From a bacterium (lineage in GTDB: Bacteria; SAR324; NAC60-12), in the NCBI GenBank assembly GCA_965233585.1, contig CBDDTI010000745.1, forward strand, positions 96,001 through 160,000: DNA of 64,000 nt, read 5' to 3'. Position numbers and translations under genes: made by a program. Under the pieces are notes generated by a model. The model made no database searches. It was not told the origin of the DNA and saw only the letters and a list, made by a program, of their open reading frames with translations. Below, piece after piece: positions 1 to 10,524 of the stretch. Each line of letters begins with the position of its first letter. Position 1 is the stretch's first letter.

Positions 1-916
1 AGCAATCAAGACGGGTCACTTTGAATTGCGTTCAGAAGCTCATGTTTTAAAAATCACACATGATCGTCAAGGCAAGGTGAATGGAGTGATTTATGCGGAC
101 AGTCAAGGGAAACAACATTTGCAAAAAGCAAAAGTAGTTTCTGTTGCAGCCAATTCTATTGAAAGCCCAAGACTGTTGCTCAATTCTGCTTCTAATATGT
201 TCCCAAATGGTTTAGCCAATTCATCAGGTCAAGTTGGGAAAAACTACATGAGGCACATGACAGGTTCGGTGTATGCCATTTTTGAAAATCCTGTTCATAT
301 GTACCGTGGAACGACGATGGCAGGCATCATCACTGATGAATCTAGGCTAGATACCAAACGTGGTTTTGTGGGTGGTTATGAGATGGAAACTCTTTCACTA
401 GGAGTGCCTTTCATGGCGGCATTTCTCAATCCCGGAGCATCAGGAGCTTACTTTGCTCATCTGATGGACGGTTATGAAAATATGGCTGGAATGTGGTTGG
501 TCGGAGAAGACATGCCACAAGAAAGCAACCGAATCACCTTGCATGCTACCGAAAAAGATCAGTATGACATGCCTATTCCCAATGTTCACTTTGACGACCA
601 TCCCAATGATATTGCGATGAGAAATCATGCCTACCGTTCAGGGTCCGGCATTTATCAAGTGTTGGGAGCAAAAGATGTCATTGAAACTCCTCCCTATCCT
701 TCAACTCACAATTTAGGAACAAATCGTATGTCTAAAAATCCTAGAGATGGCGTGGTGAACCAATGGGGGCAGAGTCATGACATTGACAATTTGTTCATCT
801 CCGATGGCAGTCAATTCACCACAGGAGCCGCTGAAAATCCTACGCTGACGATTGTTAGTTTGGCAATCAGACAAGCCGAATACCTCAGTGCTGAATTGAA
901 AAAAGGCAATATCTGA
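1..916 (+). CDS. GMC family oxidoreductase, C-terminal part (5' end outside window)
   Basis: Motifs ESPRLLLNS, GLANSSGQVGKNYM, HNLGTNRM, DNLFISDGS and NPTLTI are typical of the GMC C-terminal domain. Confidence 0.9.
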   Translation, partial: AIKTGHFELRSEAHVLKITHDRQGKVNGVIYADSQGKQHLQKAKVVSVAANSIESPRLLLNSASNMFPNGLANSSGQVGKNYMRHMTGSVYAIFENPVHMYRGTTMAGIITDESRLDTKRGFVGGYEMETLSLGVPFMAAFLNPGASGAYFAHLMDGYENMAGMWLVGEDMPQESNRITLHATEKDQYDMPIPNVHFDDHPNDIAMRNHAYRSGSGIYQVLGAKDVIETPPYPSTHNLGTNRMSKNPRDGVVNQWGQSHDIDNLFISDGSQFTTGAAENPTLTIVSLAIRQAEYLSAELKKGNI

Positions 917-938
917 AACCTAATTAGTTTGAAAACAT

Positions 939-968
939 AGCTAAGCCACAATTCAAAGTGGTTTAGCT
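939..968 (+). terminator. Stem-loop after GMC gene
   Basis: AGCTAAGCCAC-aattcaaa-GTGGTTTAGCT, 22 nt after the stop; no clear U-tract. Confidence 0.5.
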
Positions 969-1183
969 GTAACAAAGGCTTCGGTATCCCTCTTTAGAGA
1001 CCCTAAGTTTAAAATCCAGATTATTCTTTAGAAAGCCTTGCAATATAAGGATTTTCTTGATATAAGGGTGTTTTATTTGTCCATTGAAGCCAAACAAAGA
1101 ATCATTAAAAGCTAGAATATTGACAGGTTCAAATATGGGGTTTAGGATATTTCCTAATAGTTATCAAATCGTAGGTGAACTTT

Positions 1184-1387
1184 ATGGTCAATCTGGAATC
1201 AAAAATGACTTGTCCTCATTGCCAGCATTCAAAAGTAGAAACGATGCCCGAAGACTCTTGCATGTTTTTCTATGAGTGTGAGGCGTGCGAAGAGGTTTTG
1301 CGACCTCTGGAGGGAGACTGCTGTGTTTTTTGCTCGTACGGCAGTGAAAAATGCCCACCAATTCAACTGGGAAATGAGTGTTGTTGA
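1184..1387 (+). CDS. GDCCVxC domain small Cys-rich metal-binding protein
   Basis: TCPHCQH..MP..C..FYEC..C..LRPLEGDCCVFCSYG..CPP; ATG at 1184 preferred over GTG at 1175. Confidence 0.9.
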   Translation: MVNLESKMTCPHCQHSKVETMPEDSCMFFYECEACEEVLRPLEGDCCVFCSYGSEKCPPIQLGNECC

Positions 1388-1403
1388 ATATGGTTTCCAA
1401 GCG

Positions 1404-1424
1404 AAGCACTCCTCTGGAGTGCTT
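1404..1424. terminator. Hairpin between convergent genes
   Basis: AAGCACTCC-TCT-GGAGTGCTT, perfect 9-bp stem. Confidence 0.55.
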
Positions 1425-1431
1425 GATGAGG

Positions 1432-1863
1432 TTATTTGACTGTGATGTTTATTTTTTTAGACATCACTGGTTTGCTGTGTGGAATATGGACGAAGTTACC
1501 TAAAAGCAACTGGAGGGTATGCTTTCCTTTGGGAAGTTTCAACATGACTTCTGTTTGACCCTTACCAAAATGTCTGATTTGTTCAGTTGTTGGCAATGGT
1601 GTTGTAAAGTTAACCGTTGAGACATCTACATTGATCAGTAAATGATGATGACCCGTGTCTTCCGCATTCACACCGGCAGGTGCAATTCCCATCCCCTTCA
1701 GACCAAATTGAACTTTGAAGTTTTCACTCACTGTCTGCCCATCTTTCAGGTTGATGAAATAGACCTCTGCCCCTTTGGGAGCTTTTGAGATCAACTCGTT
1801 TCCAAACGCAGTCATTGAAGCAAATCCCATCAAGACAGCGGCAATTATACCAGATTTTTTCAT
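1432..1863 (-). CDS. DUF4399-like exported protein
   Basis: Signal peptide, VYFINLKDG, FGLKGM..APAG, TGHHHLLI, HFGKGQTE, GKHTLQLLLG; GAGGAG RBS before ATG 1863. Confidence 0.85.
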   Translation of the reverse strand: MKKSGIIAAVLMGFASMTAFGNELISKAPKGAEVYFINLKDGQTVSENFKVQFGLKGMGIAPAGVNAEDTGHHHLLINVDVSTVNFTTPLPTTEQIRHFGKGQTEVMLKLPKGKHTLQLLLGNFVHIPHSKPVMSKKINITVK

Positions 1864-2097
1864 ATCTAACTCCTCAAGCATTGCGTCCTATTTATGAAAG
1901 CCAGATTTCCACGGACGTGAACAGAAATCTAACGATTAAAAAACTAGTTCCAGATTATAAGCTATAAATTTAGAAGTCAATAAAAAAATGTTAATACTAC
2001 TTTTTTAACTATCAATTTCAAAACTCCAGACCTCCTTAACTATGGAAAGGATTGACAAGATTTAAAATTCAAGATGAGCGAAGTCAAAAATTTTTGT

Positions 2098-2124
2098 TCA
2101 AGATTTTTGAGCCGATGCCGATAC
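2098..2124 (+). promoter_or_regulatory. Sigma-28 (FliA) promoter of flagellin
   Basis: TCAA-N15-GCCGATAC, 60 nt upstream of the flagellin ATG; matches the FliA consensus and spacing. Confidence 0.85.
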
Positions 2125-2184
2125 AAAGACAAAAGGGCAATCAAGCCATTATGAGTCAATCATTCACCAAAGAAGGAGTACATT

Positions 2185-3789
2185 ATGGGAATGAGTATTA
2201 GAAACAACATCTCTTCGTTAAATTCTTTGAGACATACAACAGAGAATTACAAAGGGATCAAAGGAAACATTGAGCGACTAAGCTCTGGATTGAAAATTAA
2301 CCGTGCATCAGATAGTCCTGCAACATTGATTGCATCGGAACGTCTAAGAAGCCAAGTGGTCAGCATGAAACAAGCACTTGAGAATGCAGAAAGCTCTGTG
2401 ACGATGGTGCAAACCGCAGAAGGTGCCTTGAATGAAGTCAGCGCCATGCTAATCAATATCAGACAGCTTGCAGTGCATGCAGCAAATGAAGCCATTAATG
2501 ACCGTGCCATGTTAGCGGCAGACCAAAATGAGATTTCTCATCTGTTGGAGTCTATTGACAGAATTGGGGCAAACACCATGTATAATTCCAACAACTTGTT
2601 AGATGGTAGCAATGGTGCAAGTGGTGTGGCAGTTGGTCCGCATTTGGAGTTCGTGACAGCAACTCCTGATACAGCCACCTCACCTGAAGAAGGCTTTAAA
2701 GTCAACATCACTCAAGTTGCAACACGTGCCAATATTGAAGGCACACAAGCGATTGACCTGAACAACATTGAAAATGGTGTCAAGTTGATTGTCACTGAAA
2801 AAGGAAGAAGTGCTGTTTTAGACACGAGCAAAGGAGATTTGGGAGAAGGGATTCAAAAACTCATCAAGAATGCCAAACTTGACCCACAAACTTTCCCGCC
2901 TGAGGAAGCATCTGTGAAAATCAGAAACATGGTGGCAAGATCACTTCAGAAAAAAATCAACGAAGCGAATATTGAAGTTGATGTGTCTCTCAATGCTCAA
3001 GGATTGATCAAGTTGAGGCATCGTGAGTTTGGAGACGACCCCTCTTTTTCTGCAACAAGTTCTCTTGCTCAAGTGCTTTCTCCAGAGGCAAATGTTGCCA
3101 AGTCTTCTGTACCGGGTAAAGATGTTGAAGGCACAATCAATGGAGAAACCGCACTGGGAGAAGGGCAATTTTTAAATGCAGTAGAAGGCACAACCATTGA
3201 GGGACTCAGCATTCAATATACCCGCACGCTTGGTGATACCGTCAAACCTGTTTTTGACCAATCAGGAAATTTGATGGGAATGGAAACAGTGTCAGAAAGC
3301 AATGCAGAGGTGGCATCTAAACCCATTGAAGGCTATGTGCATGTCAATCAGTCTTCAATCAATTTTCAAATTGGACCACAAGAAAAGCAATTTACACAGC
3401 TTTCTATTGGCTCAACACGAATCAACAAGCTGGCTCGTGGACTCCAAAATAACAGTGGTTTTGAAAGCCTTGAAGATATTGATGTCAGAACGATGCAAGG
3501 CGCCCGTGATGCGATGAAGTTGGTTGACCGTGCGATTGATGAGGTTTCAGACGCCCGTGCAGAATTGGGGTCGTTTCAGAAAAATGCACTGGAAAGCAAC
3601 ATGAACAGCTTGCGTATTGCAGAAGAAAACTTGACCCAAGCAGAGTCAACCATTCGCGATGCTGACATGGCAGAAGAGATGTCAGAACTCACAGGTGGAC
3701 AAATTTTGCTTTCCTCTAGCACCGCCATGCTAGCACAAGCCAATCAAGTACCTCAATCTGTGCTTGGGTTGGTAACAGGTCAGGGATAA
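2185..3789 (+). CDS. fliC: Flagellin with large central variable domain
   Basis: N-terminal ERLSSGLKINRA..VQTAEGALNEV; C-terminal RAELGSFQ..ENLTQAESTIRDADMAEEM..MLAQANQ; AAGGAG RBS. Confidence 0.93.
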   Translation: MGMSIRNNISSLNSLRHTTENYKGIKGNIERLSSGLKINRASDSPATLIASERLRSQVVSMKQALENAESSVTMVQTAEGALNEVSAMLINIRQLAVHAANEAINDRAMLAADQNEISHLLESIDRIGANTMYNSNNLLDGSNGASGVAVGPHLEFVTATPDTATSPEEGFKVNITQVATRANIEGTQAIDLNNIENGVKLIVTEKGRSAVLDTSKGDLGEGIQKLIKNAKLDPQTFPPEEASVKIRNMVARSLQKKINEANIEVDVSLNAQGLIKLRHREFGDDPSFSATSSLAQVLSPEANVAKSSVPGKDVEGTINGETALGEGQFLNAVEGTTIEGLSIQYTRTLGDTVKPVFDQSGNLMGMETVSESNAEVASKPIEGYVHVNQSSINFQIGPQEKQFTQLSIGSTRINKLARGLQNNSGFESLEDIDVRTMQGARDAMKLVDRAIDEVSDARAELGSFQKNALESNMNSLRIAEENLTQAESTIRDADMAEEMSELTGGQILLSSSTAMLAQANQVPQSVLGLVTGQG

Positions 3790-3808
3790 ATCCAGATGTA
3801 CTCCTATC

Positions 3809-3839
3809 GGTGAGGGTCTCAAAATCAGGGACTCTCACC
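3809..3839. terminator. Stem-loop after flagellin
   Basis: GGTGAGGGTCTC-N7-GGGACTCTCACC, 12-bp stem with G-U pairs, between convergent genes. Confidence 0.65.
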
Positions 3840-3961
3840 ACCTCCTTTCAAGTCTTTTATCAAAGACAATCTTTTGAAATCAGAAAGACAATCTTTCTAC
3901 ACCAACTCCCTCAATTTGCTTTTTCTAATTCTTGCTTTGGATTTGATTGCGTTTCATCAAA

Positions 3962-5257
3962 TCAAACTAACTGACCAATCAGTGTCTCGCCCTCTATGCT
4001 AACTAATTGTGTCGCTTTGATTTGCCTTTGAAGACTTTGAGAGTGTCCTTGTTGGAGTTTGACCTTCATGTAGTTATCGGTATATCCATAAAGGCTTCCG
4101 TCAGGTTTGAGACTTTCCCAAAGGACTTGTTTCGTTTGACCCAAAAATTGAGCATAAAACTGGCTTCTCTTGACTTGGCTGAGGTTGCGGAGTTTTAACG
4201 TCCGTTCTTTTTTCACCGATGCAGGAACGGGATTTTCCATGCGTGCGGCTGGTGTACCTCTTCTTTCAGAAAAAGGGAAGACATGAAAATAAGTAAAGGG
4301 CAAAGATTGTAACAAATCAAAAGTTTGCTCAAACTGTTGTTCTGTCTCGTCTGGAAAGCCTGCCATGACGTCAGTTCCAAGTCCCAAATGGGGTACCAAA
4401 GATAAGGCAAGTTGGACTTCTTCAAGATATTCTTTTGAGGAATAACGTCTTTTCATTTTTGTCAAGATGTCATCAGAGCCTGACTGCAAAGGTAAGTGTA
4501 AAAACGGCACAAGATTATGATGCTTGTCAGCCATACGTTCAAAAAGTTCTTGAGGCACTGTTGTTGGTTCAATGGAACTAATCCGAAGCCTTTTGAGGTT
4601 GGGAAGAGAATTTAAAACATCAAGCACATCAAGTAACGTCTTTTCTTCTTCATGGTAGTCTCCAATGTTGACACCTGTTAGCACGACTTCCTGAACACCT
4701 TGTTTGACCAGCTGTTTCGCTTCTGCCAGCAAATCCTGAAAATCTCTTGCACGGCTTCTACCCCTTGAAAAAGGAATGATGCAAAAAGAACACATGAAGT
4801 TACAACCATCTTGCACCTTAAGATGTGCGCGGGTGGTTTGGTGAGGAAAAGAAATGGCAGGCTGAGTGAAGTTTGTTTTGGAAATTTTAGGAACAACAAC
4901 AAGAGTCTTCTCGCGATGAAGAGATTGCTGTAAATAGTTGGCAAGTTGCATTTTTTCAGCATTGCCAAGCACAAGACGCACCCCCTCTATTTCTTGGACA
5001 ACCTTTGCCGCAACCTGTGAATAACAACCAACGACGGCAATCATGGCATTTGGATTTTTACGATGCAAAGAACGAATCCATTGACGATTTTTTGCATCGC
5101 TCAACGACGTGACAGTGCAGGTGTTGATGACGTAGATGTCAGCGGGCGATTCAACAGAAACAAGTTGGTATCCTCGGTTGAGAACACTTTGAATCATGGC
5201 GTCTGTTTCAGAGTGATTCAGACGGCAGCCAAAGGTGTGAAAGGCAATGGTCTGCAT
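3962..5257 (-). CDS. mtaB: tRNA t6A37 methylthiotransferase (radical SAM)
   Basis: TFGCRLNHSE, INTCTVT, VVGCYSQ, KVQDGCNFMCSFCIIP (CxxxCxxC), RISSIEP. Confidence 0.92.
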   Translation of the reverse strand: MQTIAFHTFGCRLNHSETDAMIQSVLNRGYQLVSVESPADIYVINTCTVTSLSDAKNRQWIRSLHRKNPNAMIAVVGCYSQVAAKVVQEIEGVRLVLGNAEKMQLANYLQQSLHREKTLVVVPKISKTNFTQPAISFPHQTTRAHLKVQDGCNFMCSFCIIPFSRGRSRARDFQDLLAEAKQLVKQGVQEVVLTGVNIGDYHEEEKTLLDVLDVLNSLPNLKRLRISSIEPTTVPQELFERMADKHHNLVPFLHLPLQSGSDDILTKMKRRYSSKEYLEEVQLALSLVPHLGLGTDVMAGFPDETEQQFEQTFDLLQSLPFTYFHVFPFSERRGTPAARMENPVPASVKKERTLKLRNLSQVKRSQFYAQFLGQTKQVLWESLKPDGSLYGYTDNYMKVKLQQGHSQSLQRQIKATQLVSIEGETLIGQLV

Positions 5258-6411
5258 CAGTTTTCTCGCAGGAAAACAAGGCGGTTGCCTGCTGATTCTT
5301 GTGAGATGATAGGAATGTTTTTTTTGATAAGGCTACGTCTGATTTGTCTTCTCAAACGGCTTTTAGAAGTGGCAGAAAAAAGCTCAATTTCTAAGTATTC
5401 TGGTGAGTTTTTAAGTTCGCTCAAACTTTTAAAACCCTGCATGCTTTCCAGATAGTCTAAAATTTCATCTTCTTCATCTTGGTTAAACTTACGAAAAACC
5501 ATCAAATAGGCAAATCCTTGGTCTCCAAGCTGTTCGTAATAATCGGTAATTTGGAAAATGGCATCTGATGCAGACTGCTTTGCCGCACGGCTTCCTGCTG
5601 TTTTTAAGCCACGATGCACATCAAAGTCTCCTGCGTTCCCTGCAAACAATTCTTTTTCTTGGCCTAGTGAATCAGCAATTTGACGACCTGAACTGACATC
5701 ATAAACGCTGAGCCTGACGTCAGCTTTCACCGCATTAAACATACCTGTTAATTTTCCACGTTTGCCTGCAATGACTTCCACTGCCACCAAAATCTCTGCA
5801 CGATGTTCTAAGGCAATCGCTAAAAGGGGTTCTGCAGGTCGGTCAATTTGTGCAGAAAGCTCAATCGTTCGGTAAACATCTTCAGAAATTTGTTCATTGA
5901 AAACACGGAAGCCTGATTTGTTAAATTCTTGACGCAGAACAGAAATGATGGTAGGGATTCCTTGAAACTTTCGCTTGAGTGCCTTAGGGTCTTTTTTATG
6001 GTAGATGATCATCAGACGTTTGTTGCCTACTTTTTTGTGTAAAAGTCTCATGGCAGAAAGTTTGTCAGAAATATTTTTTGTAGAGACTTCTGCCTTGATG
6101 GTGACATAGTACGTGATGCGTTGGGCGTCTTGCCCTTCCTCTACGATTTCATAACTGGTGATGAACCCACGGCTGGCGCTGTAAATCTCATCTCGGATAA
6201 TCTGAAAGTTTTCTGAAAGCGTTCGGGAGTCAATCAATGCACCAACTCCTTGCTCTACCGCTTGCCTCTGTGCATTGATGAGTGCTTGGTCTCTTGCAGA
6301 ATTGATGTTGCCTTGATAGATTTCTGCGCTGCCTCTGACTGTCACCGTATTGGCAAAAAGAGAAGCTACGCTTAAAAAACCTAAAATAAAAATGCCAAAG
6401 ATTGTTTTCAT
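5257..6411 (-). CDS. Exported protein with FlgT N-terminal-like domain
   Basis: Signal peptide, then V.G.A...ARDQAL.NA.RQAVEQGVG..I.S; 1-nt overlap with mtaB. Confidence 0.6.
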   Translation of the reverse strand: MKTIFGIFILGFLSVASLFANTVTVRGSAEIYQGNINSARDQALINAQRQAVEQGVGALIDSRTLSENFQIIRDEIYSASRGFITSYEIVEEGQDAQRITYYVTIKAEVSTKNISDKLSAMRLLHKKVGNKRLMIIYHKKDPKALKRKFQGIPTIISVLRQEFNKSGFRVFNEQISEDVYRTIELSAQIDRPAEPLLAIALEHRAEILVAVEVIAGKRGKLTGMFNAVKADVRLSVYDVSSGRQIADSLGQEKELFAGNAGDFDVHRGLKTAGSRAAKQSASDAIFQITDYYEQLGDQGFAYLMVFRKFNQDEEDEILDYLESMQGFKSLSELKNSPEYLEIELFSATSKSRLRRQIRRSLIKKNIPIISQESAGNRLVFLREN

Positions 6412-6448
6412 AAATTAAAAAATAGTGAAGTGATCCTTTGAGGTCAAT

Positions 6449-6754
6449 TTATTCTTTTTGATACCAATCATCGTATTCTCCAAGTGGACGTCTGAATGTA
6501 AATTCAAATGGGTCAACAACAAGAGTCTCCCAAACTTCTCCTGTGTTTGAGAAAATTGTAAAGGGTAGGGTGACAACAAAAATAGACCCACCTAAAACAG
6601 TAGCGACCAGACTGAGCGGACGTATCACCAAGCCATCAAGTGCCATACCTGTCGCACTAGGGGCATCTATGTTGTCTTGTTGTGCAAAAGCTGTTGTCCA
6701 CAGGAACAAGCAGACCACAACCCAAACCAAGAGACGAGAAAAACGAAGACGCAT
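6449..6754 (-). CDS. Small conserved membrane/exported protein
   Basis: Signal peptide, D.LVIRPL.L.ATVLG..FVVTLPF and FTFRRPLG pattern. Confidence 0.75.
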   Translation of the reverse strand: MRLRFSRLLVWVVVCLFLWTTAFAQQDNIDAPSATGMALDGLVIRPLSLVATVLGGSIFVVTLPFTIFSNTGEVWETLVVDPFEFTFRRPLGEYDDWYQKE

Positions 6755-6857
6755 GAGTTACCTTTTTATTTCACACCAAATCCGATATAGTAAACATGCC
6801 AAACAGATTGGCACAAGCTAGATACTCTACCAAATTGTCCTGACAAACTCAAGAATT

Positions 6858-8270
6858 ATGACGCTCAATAAAAAAAATCTTTTGATCTTCTTCATCCTTG
6901 TTTTTTTTGGAACTTTCTTGCTTTCGTTTGCAGTTGTAGGAATCCATGACTCAGACCATGTGATCTCTACCAAACAGCTGACACAATTGAGTCAATTAGG
7001 CAATAAAGTGACAGACCTTCTGGAAATGGAAGAAGCAGAAAAGACCGAGTCTTTAAATAAGATGATAGACAAGCAAGAATCTGGATTTGTCGGTATGCTT
7101 TACAGGAATTGGGAAGTGAAACTTGGAGAAAATGGCAAGAAACGTTCTCAATTTTTTTCATGGAGTGGAGACTCAGAAGTCGCTATGCTCATTCCTGTTG
7201 GGAAAGCTGAAATCAAAGGGGCTGTGGTGGTGCAAATTCCAACACAAAATCCTGTTTCTATCATCATGATTGGTCGCCTCATGGTGGCTTTTGCTGTTGC
7301 CTTATTTGGAGTGGTGTGTGTGATATGGTTCAAGGTCGGGCAGACCACCAAGGAGATTGACCACCTATGCCAAGAATTTACCAGATACCGCCGTCAACAT
7401 GATTCATCAGACCTTGTGGTGCTACAACAAAAATTTGCAACCCCTTTTCAAAAACGCACTTATATTTTGCAGCAGATTTGGGAACAGTTTCTTTCAACAC
7501 AGAAACTGCTCAAAGAACAGGTCAATAAACTTGAAGAAACTGTTGAAGAACTTGAAGTGGCAAAACGCAAAGAACAACGTTTTGCTGTCATCGGACAAGC
7601 TGTTGCCAAAGTAGGACATGACATGGGTAATTCTAATGCGGCATTGAGTTCGTATGTGGAGTTAATTTTGAAAAGTCTTAGTAGAGAACCTTCATTGTCA
7701 AATGAAATGCAGAAAGTGCTTGCATTCGTGCAACGTATGCAGATTGTCGTCAGCACTTTGAATGCACTCAAAAACAATTTAATGGACTTCATCAGTGGCA
7801 ACAGCAACGTCAATCCTGCCCCGTACTATTTGGAAGAATTGCTGCATAAGGTAGATGCTAATTTGGGGTTCATTGACAAACAAAGAGACCAAATTGACAT
7901 TCAGCTCAACATGCCCGAAAAATTACAGGTGCGTCTTGACATTGAGCAAATGACGCGAGTCATCGTCAACTTGGTCAAAAATGCTTGGCAGAAGCTCAAT
8001 GCGACAGGGGGGCAAATTAAGGTTGCTTTTGTCCAGCAAGGGCAAAGTCTTGTCATCTCAATAGAAGACGACGGTGATGTGATTCCTGATTCCATTTTTC
8101 ATTCATTGTTTCAAGTGCTAGCCACAGAAGGTAAGGCAGAGGGCGTTGGCGTTGGGCTTTCTGTTTGCAAACAAATCATTGAGGCTCATCAAGGAAAGAT
8201 TACCGCAGAAAATCTGTCTGATAGCAAAGGCGTCAAGTTCTCTATCCTCATTCCTGACTCTGTGGTTTAG
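6858..8270 (+). CDS. Membrane sensor histidine kinase
   Basis: Two TM segments, H-box (VGHDMGN), N-box (NLVKNA), D/G boxes (IEDDG, GVGVGLSVCKQIIEAHQG). Confidence 0.9.
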   Translation: MTLNKKNLLIFFILVFFGTFLLSFAVVGIHDSDHVISTKQLTQLSQLGNKVTDLLEMEEAEKTESLNKMIDKQESGFVGMLYRNWEVKLGENGKKRSQFFSWSGDSEVAMLIPVGKAEIKGAVVVQIPTQNPVSIIMIGRLMVAFAVALFGVVCVIWFKVGQTTKEIDHLCQEFTRYRRQHDSSDLVVLQQKFATPFQKRTYILQQIWEQFLSTQKLLKEQVNKLEETVEELEVAKRKEQRFAVIGQAVAKVGHDMGNSNAALSSYVELILKSLSREPSLSNEMQKVLAFVQRMQIVVSTLNALKNNLMDFISGNSNVNPAPYYLEELLHKVDANLGFIDKQRDQIDIQLNMPEKLQVRLDIEQMTRVIVNLVKNAWQKLNATGGQIKVAFVQQGQSLVISIEDDGDVIPDSIFHSLFQVLATEGKAEGVGVGLSVCKQIIEAHQGKITAENLSDSKGVKFSILIPDSVV

Positions 8271-8342
8271 GCTTGATGAAAAAATGCAAAAGTGCTAGGG
8301 TTAGCCCGAATCATTCAATTTATTCAAGAACAAATTTTCAAG

Positions 8343-10397
8343 ATGAGCAATGTAAGAAATGCAAGAAATGCGATAATTCTGATTTTTTGTCTCATCAGCT
8401 TCCCTTTGCCTACTTTGGCGCAATCCCAGCTCCAGTGGAAAAAATCCTCAAACATCAATTTTGCTGAAGCCTTTGAAAGTTTGACGCTTTACGATGCCTT
8501 GACTCAACTCACCAAAAACTATTTGCAAAATCCTCAAGTCGTCAAAGTTGACCCAAGCCTTGCCGAAGAAGCCTTTGACTTACAAGGGGGGAGTTCTAAT
8601 GCCGAAACTGCCTTTTACTGGATTTTGGGCAAGTATTCACTTGGCTTGATTTGGGAAGACCAACAGGCAACAATCCTACCAAAATCATCGCTTTGGACAC
8701 AACAACCTTATCAAAAAACAATCATCTCTCCTATTGAATTGGGTGAAGTTTTAGATGAAATGCAAGAACAAGGTCGCGTCACAATCATTCGTGCCACACA
8801 AAATATTGACAATGTTTTTGTCAGTGAAAGTCTTGACTTCAAATCTATTCAACAGGGCTTACAAACGTTTGCCAAGCAGTATCAGTGGAAAATGAAATAC
8901 AGCTCTGATGAACATATTGTTTATTTTGAAGACCTTCCTGCTACCATTCTCAAAAGCATTCAGCTCCAAAATATCCCACAAACAGAAGCGCAAGAAATCC
9001 TTAAACAAGCCACTGAACTATTGGAAGAATCTGCCTTGCCAAACATCATCTATCCCAGCAAGAACCTTGTCATTCTCAAAGGTGAGACACAAGCTGTTGA
9101 AACTCTTGCAACTATGCTTAAAGAGTTAGATGCTCAATATCAAAAACCTGTTTCTTTGGAACAAGAGACATTAGATTCTATCTATTTACAATCTTTGACG
9201 GAGTCAGTTTTTCAAGACCAAATTTTGCCAATACTAGAAGAAGATGAAAACTTGAAGCAGGTCAAATTGCGTTGGCAAAAGCTGGAGGCAGGCAGTTTAT
9301 TAACGCTTTATGGTCAGAAAGAAGATGTCTCAAGGCTGAAAGTTTTGATGCAAGGCTATGATGAAGTGAAGTATGACAATCCGTTGCAAGTTGTGCATCG
9401 GTTGAGTTTTGACTATGTTCCTGTTTACGATAAAAAATTTATGAGCGAGGGCGAATCAATCACGCAAGTTGGAGCAGGTCAAAAACTTCAGAATTTACTC
9501 TCATCTTCATTCAGTCAAACTTTAGAAGATGACACCCCCGAATTTACGCTTTCTGTTGAACCTGCCAGCAATGCGTTGATCTTTCAAGGATCTTCGCAAG
9601 TCTTTTCTCATCTCAGGCAAATCAAAAATGTGTTAGACCAGCCTCCCCAACTTGTGGAAATTGAAGCCTACATCTTTGAAACATCAGAGAAATTTTCAAG
9701 AAGAATTGGCTTTGAAATGAGGGCTACGGGAGCAGGTCCCAATATTCAGTCTGCGGAGATACCCAGTGAGTCTTTTGCTGTGAGGAACATCATTGGGGCA
9801 AAGTCGTTGAGGGTGTCAACGCTACTTCAACTCATGGAACAGGAAGGCAAAGGCAGGGTGCTTTCACGACCAAAAGTGATTACTTTGAACAACAAAGAAG
9901 CAGAAATTCAAAGCGGAGATGTCATCCACATTAGACATAAAACATTGTCAGGCAAAGAAGCGTTTCAGAGGTTCAATGTTGGCGTCACGCTCAAGGTCAC
10001 CCCACGTGTGATAGAAACAGACAATCCCCAAAAAACTGCAATTAAGCTATTTGTTTTTGCAGAAAGCAGTTCGTTTGTAGAAGGTGTGCCATTGGGTGAT
10101 TTGCCAAGAACCAATAGCCAAAGTGCCAAAAGTGAAGTCATTGTTAAGAATGGCGAACCTTTTTTATTAGGGGGGTTGATTAGACAACATGCTAGAGAAT
10201 CAGAACAAGGAATCCCTTTTTTAAAAGATATTCCAATACTCGGTGCTTTTTTCAGGAACTCTCAATCTGACAATCAGCTCAATCATATCATGGTTTTTGT
10301 CACTCCTACTTTAGTCACCAAAACATCTCAACTACTGCCTAAAGTCAAAGATTTCATTCAAACAGAATCTGAAGAAGAAACAAACAAAAACGATTAA
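8343..10397 (+). CDS. Outer-membrane secretin (type II/III/IV pilus family), no cognate system nearby
   Basis: C-terminal secretin motifs LVEIEAYIFE, LSRPKVITLNNKEAEI, GVTLKVTPRV, GIPFLKDIPILGAFF; start could be 8292 or 8343. Confidence 0.85.
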   Translation: MSNVRNARNAIILIFCLISFPLPTLAQSQLQWKKSSNINFAEAFESLTLYDALTQLTKNYLQNPQVVKVDPSLAEEAFDLQGGSSNAETAFYWILGKYSLGLIWEDQQATILPKSSLWTQQPYQKTIISPIELGEVLDEMQEQGRVTIIRATQNIDNVFVSESLDFKSIQQGLQTFAKQYQWKMKYSSDEHIVYFEDLPATILKSIQLQNIPQTEAQEILKQATELLEESALPNIIYPSKNLVILKGETQAVETLATMLKELDAQYQKPVSLEQETLDSIYLQSLTESVFQDQILPILEEDENLKQVKLRWQKLEAGSLLTLYGQKEDVSRLKVLMQGYDEVKYDNPLQVVHRLSFDYVPVYDKKFMSEGESITQVGAGQKLQNLLSSSFSQTLEDDTPEFTLSVEPASNALIFQGSSQVFSHLRQIKNVLDQPPQLVEIEAYIFETSEKFSRRIGFEMRATGAGPNIQSAEIPSESFAVRNIIGAKSLRVSTLLQLMEQEGKGRVLSRPKVITLNNKEAEIQSGDVIHIRHKTLSGKEAFQRFNVGVTLKVTPRVIETDNPQKTAIKLFVFAESSSFVEGVPLGDLPRTNSQSAKSEVIVKNGEPFLLGGLIRQHARESEQGIPFLKDIPILGAFFRNSQSDNQLNHIMVFVTPTLVTKTSQLLPKVKDFIQTESEEETNKND

Positions 10398-10524
10398 AAT
10401 TGGTTTCAATGTTCCCCCTTTTTTTCTTTTCTGGTCAAGTGGTGGCTTTTAGTGAAGTGTCAAATATGATACAATCCTACAACCTTTGCAAAAACGCCAG
10501 AACAGCAACATTTTTCAATCAAGA

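Noticed and set aside
1385..1424. Selenocysteine read-through of the GDCCVxC gene (CC-TGA followed by a hairpin)
   Set aside because: The hairpin loop lacks the G expected of a bacterial SECIS, and the hairpin is adequately explained by the convergent gene ends. Not fully excluded without homolog alignment.
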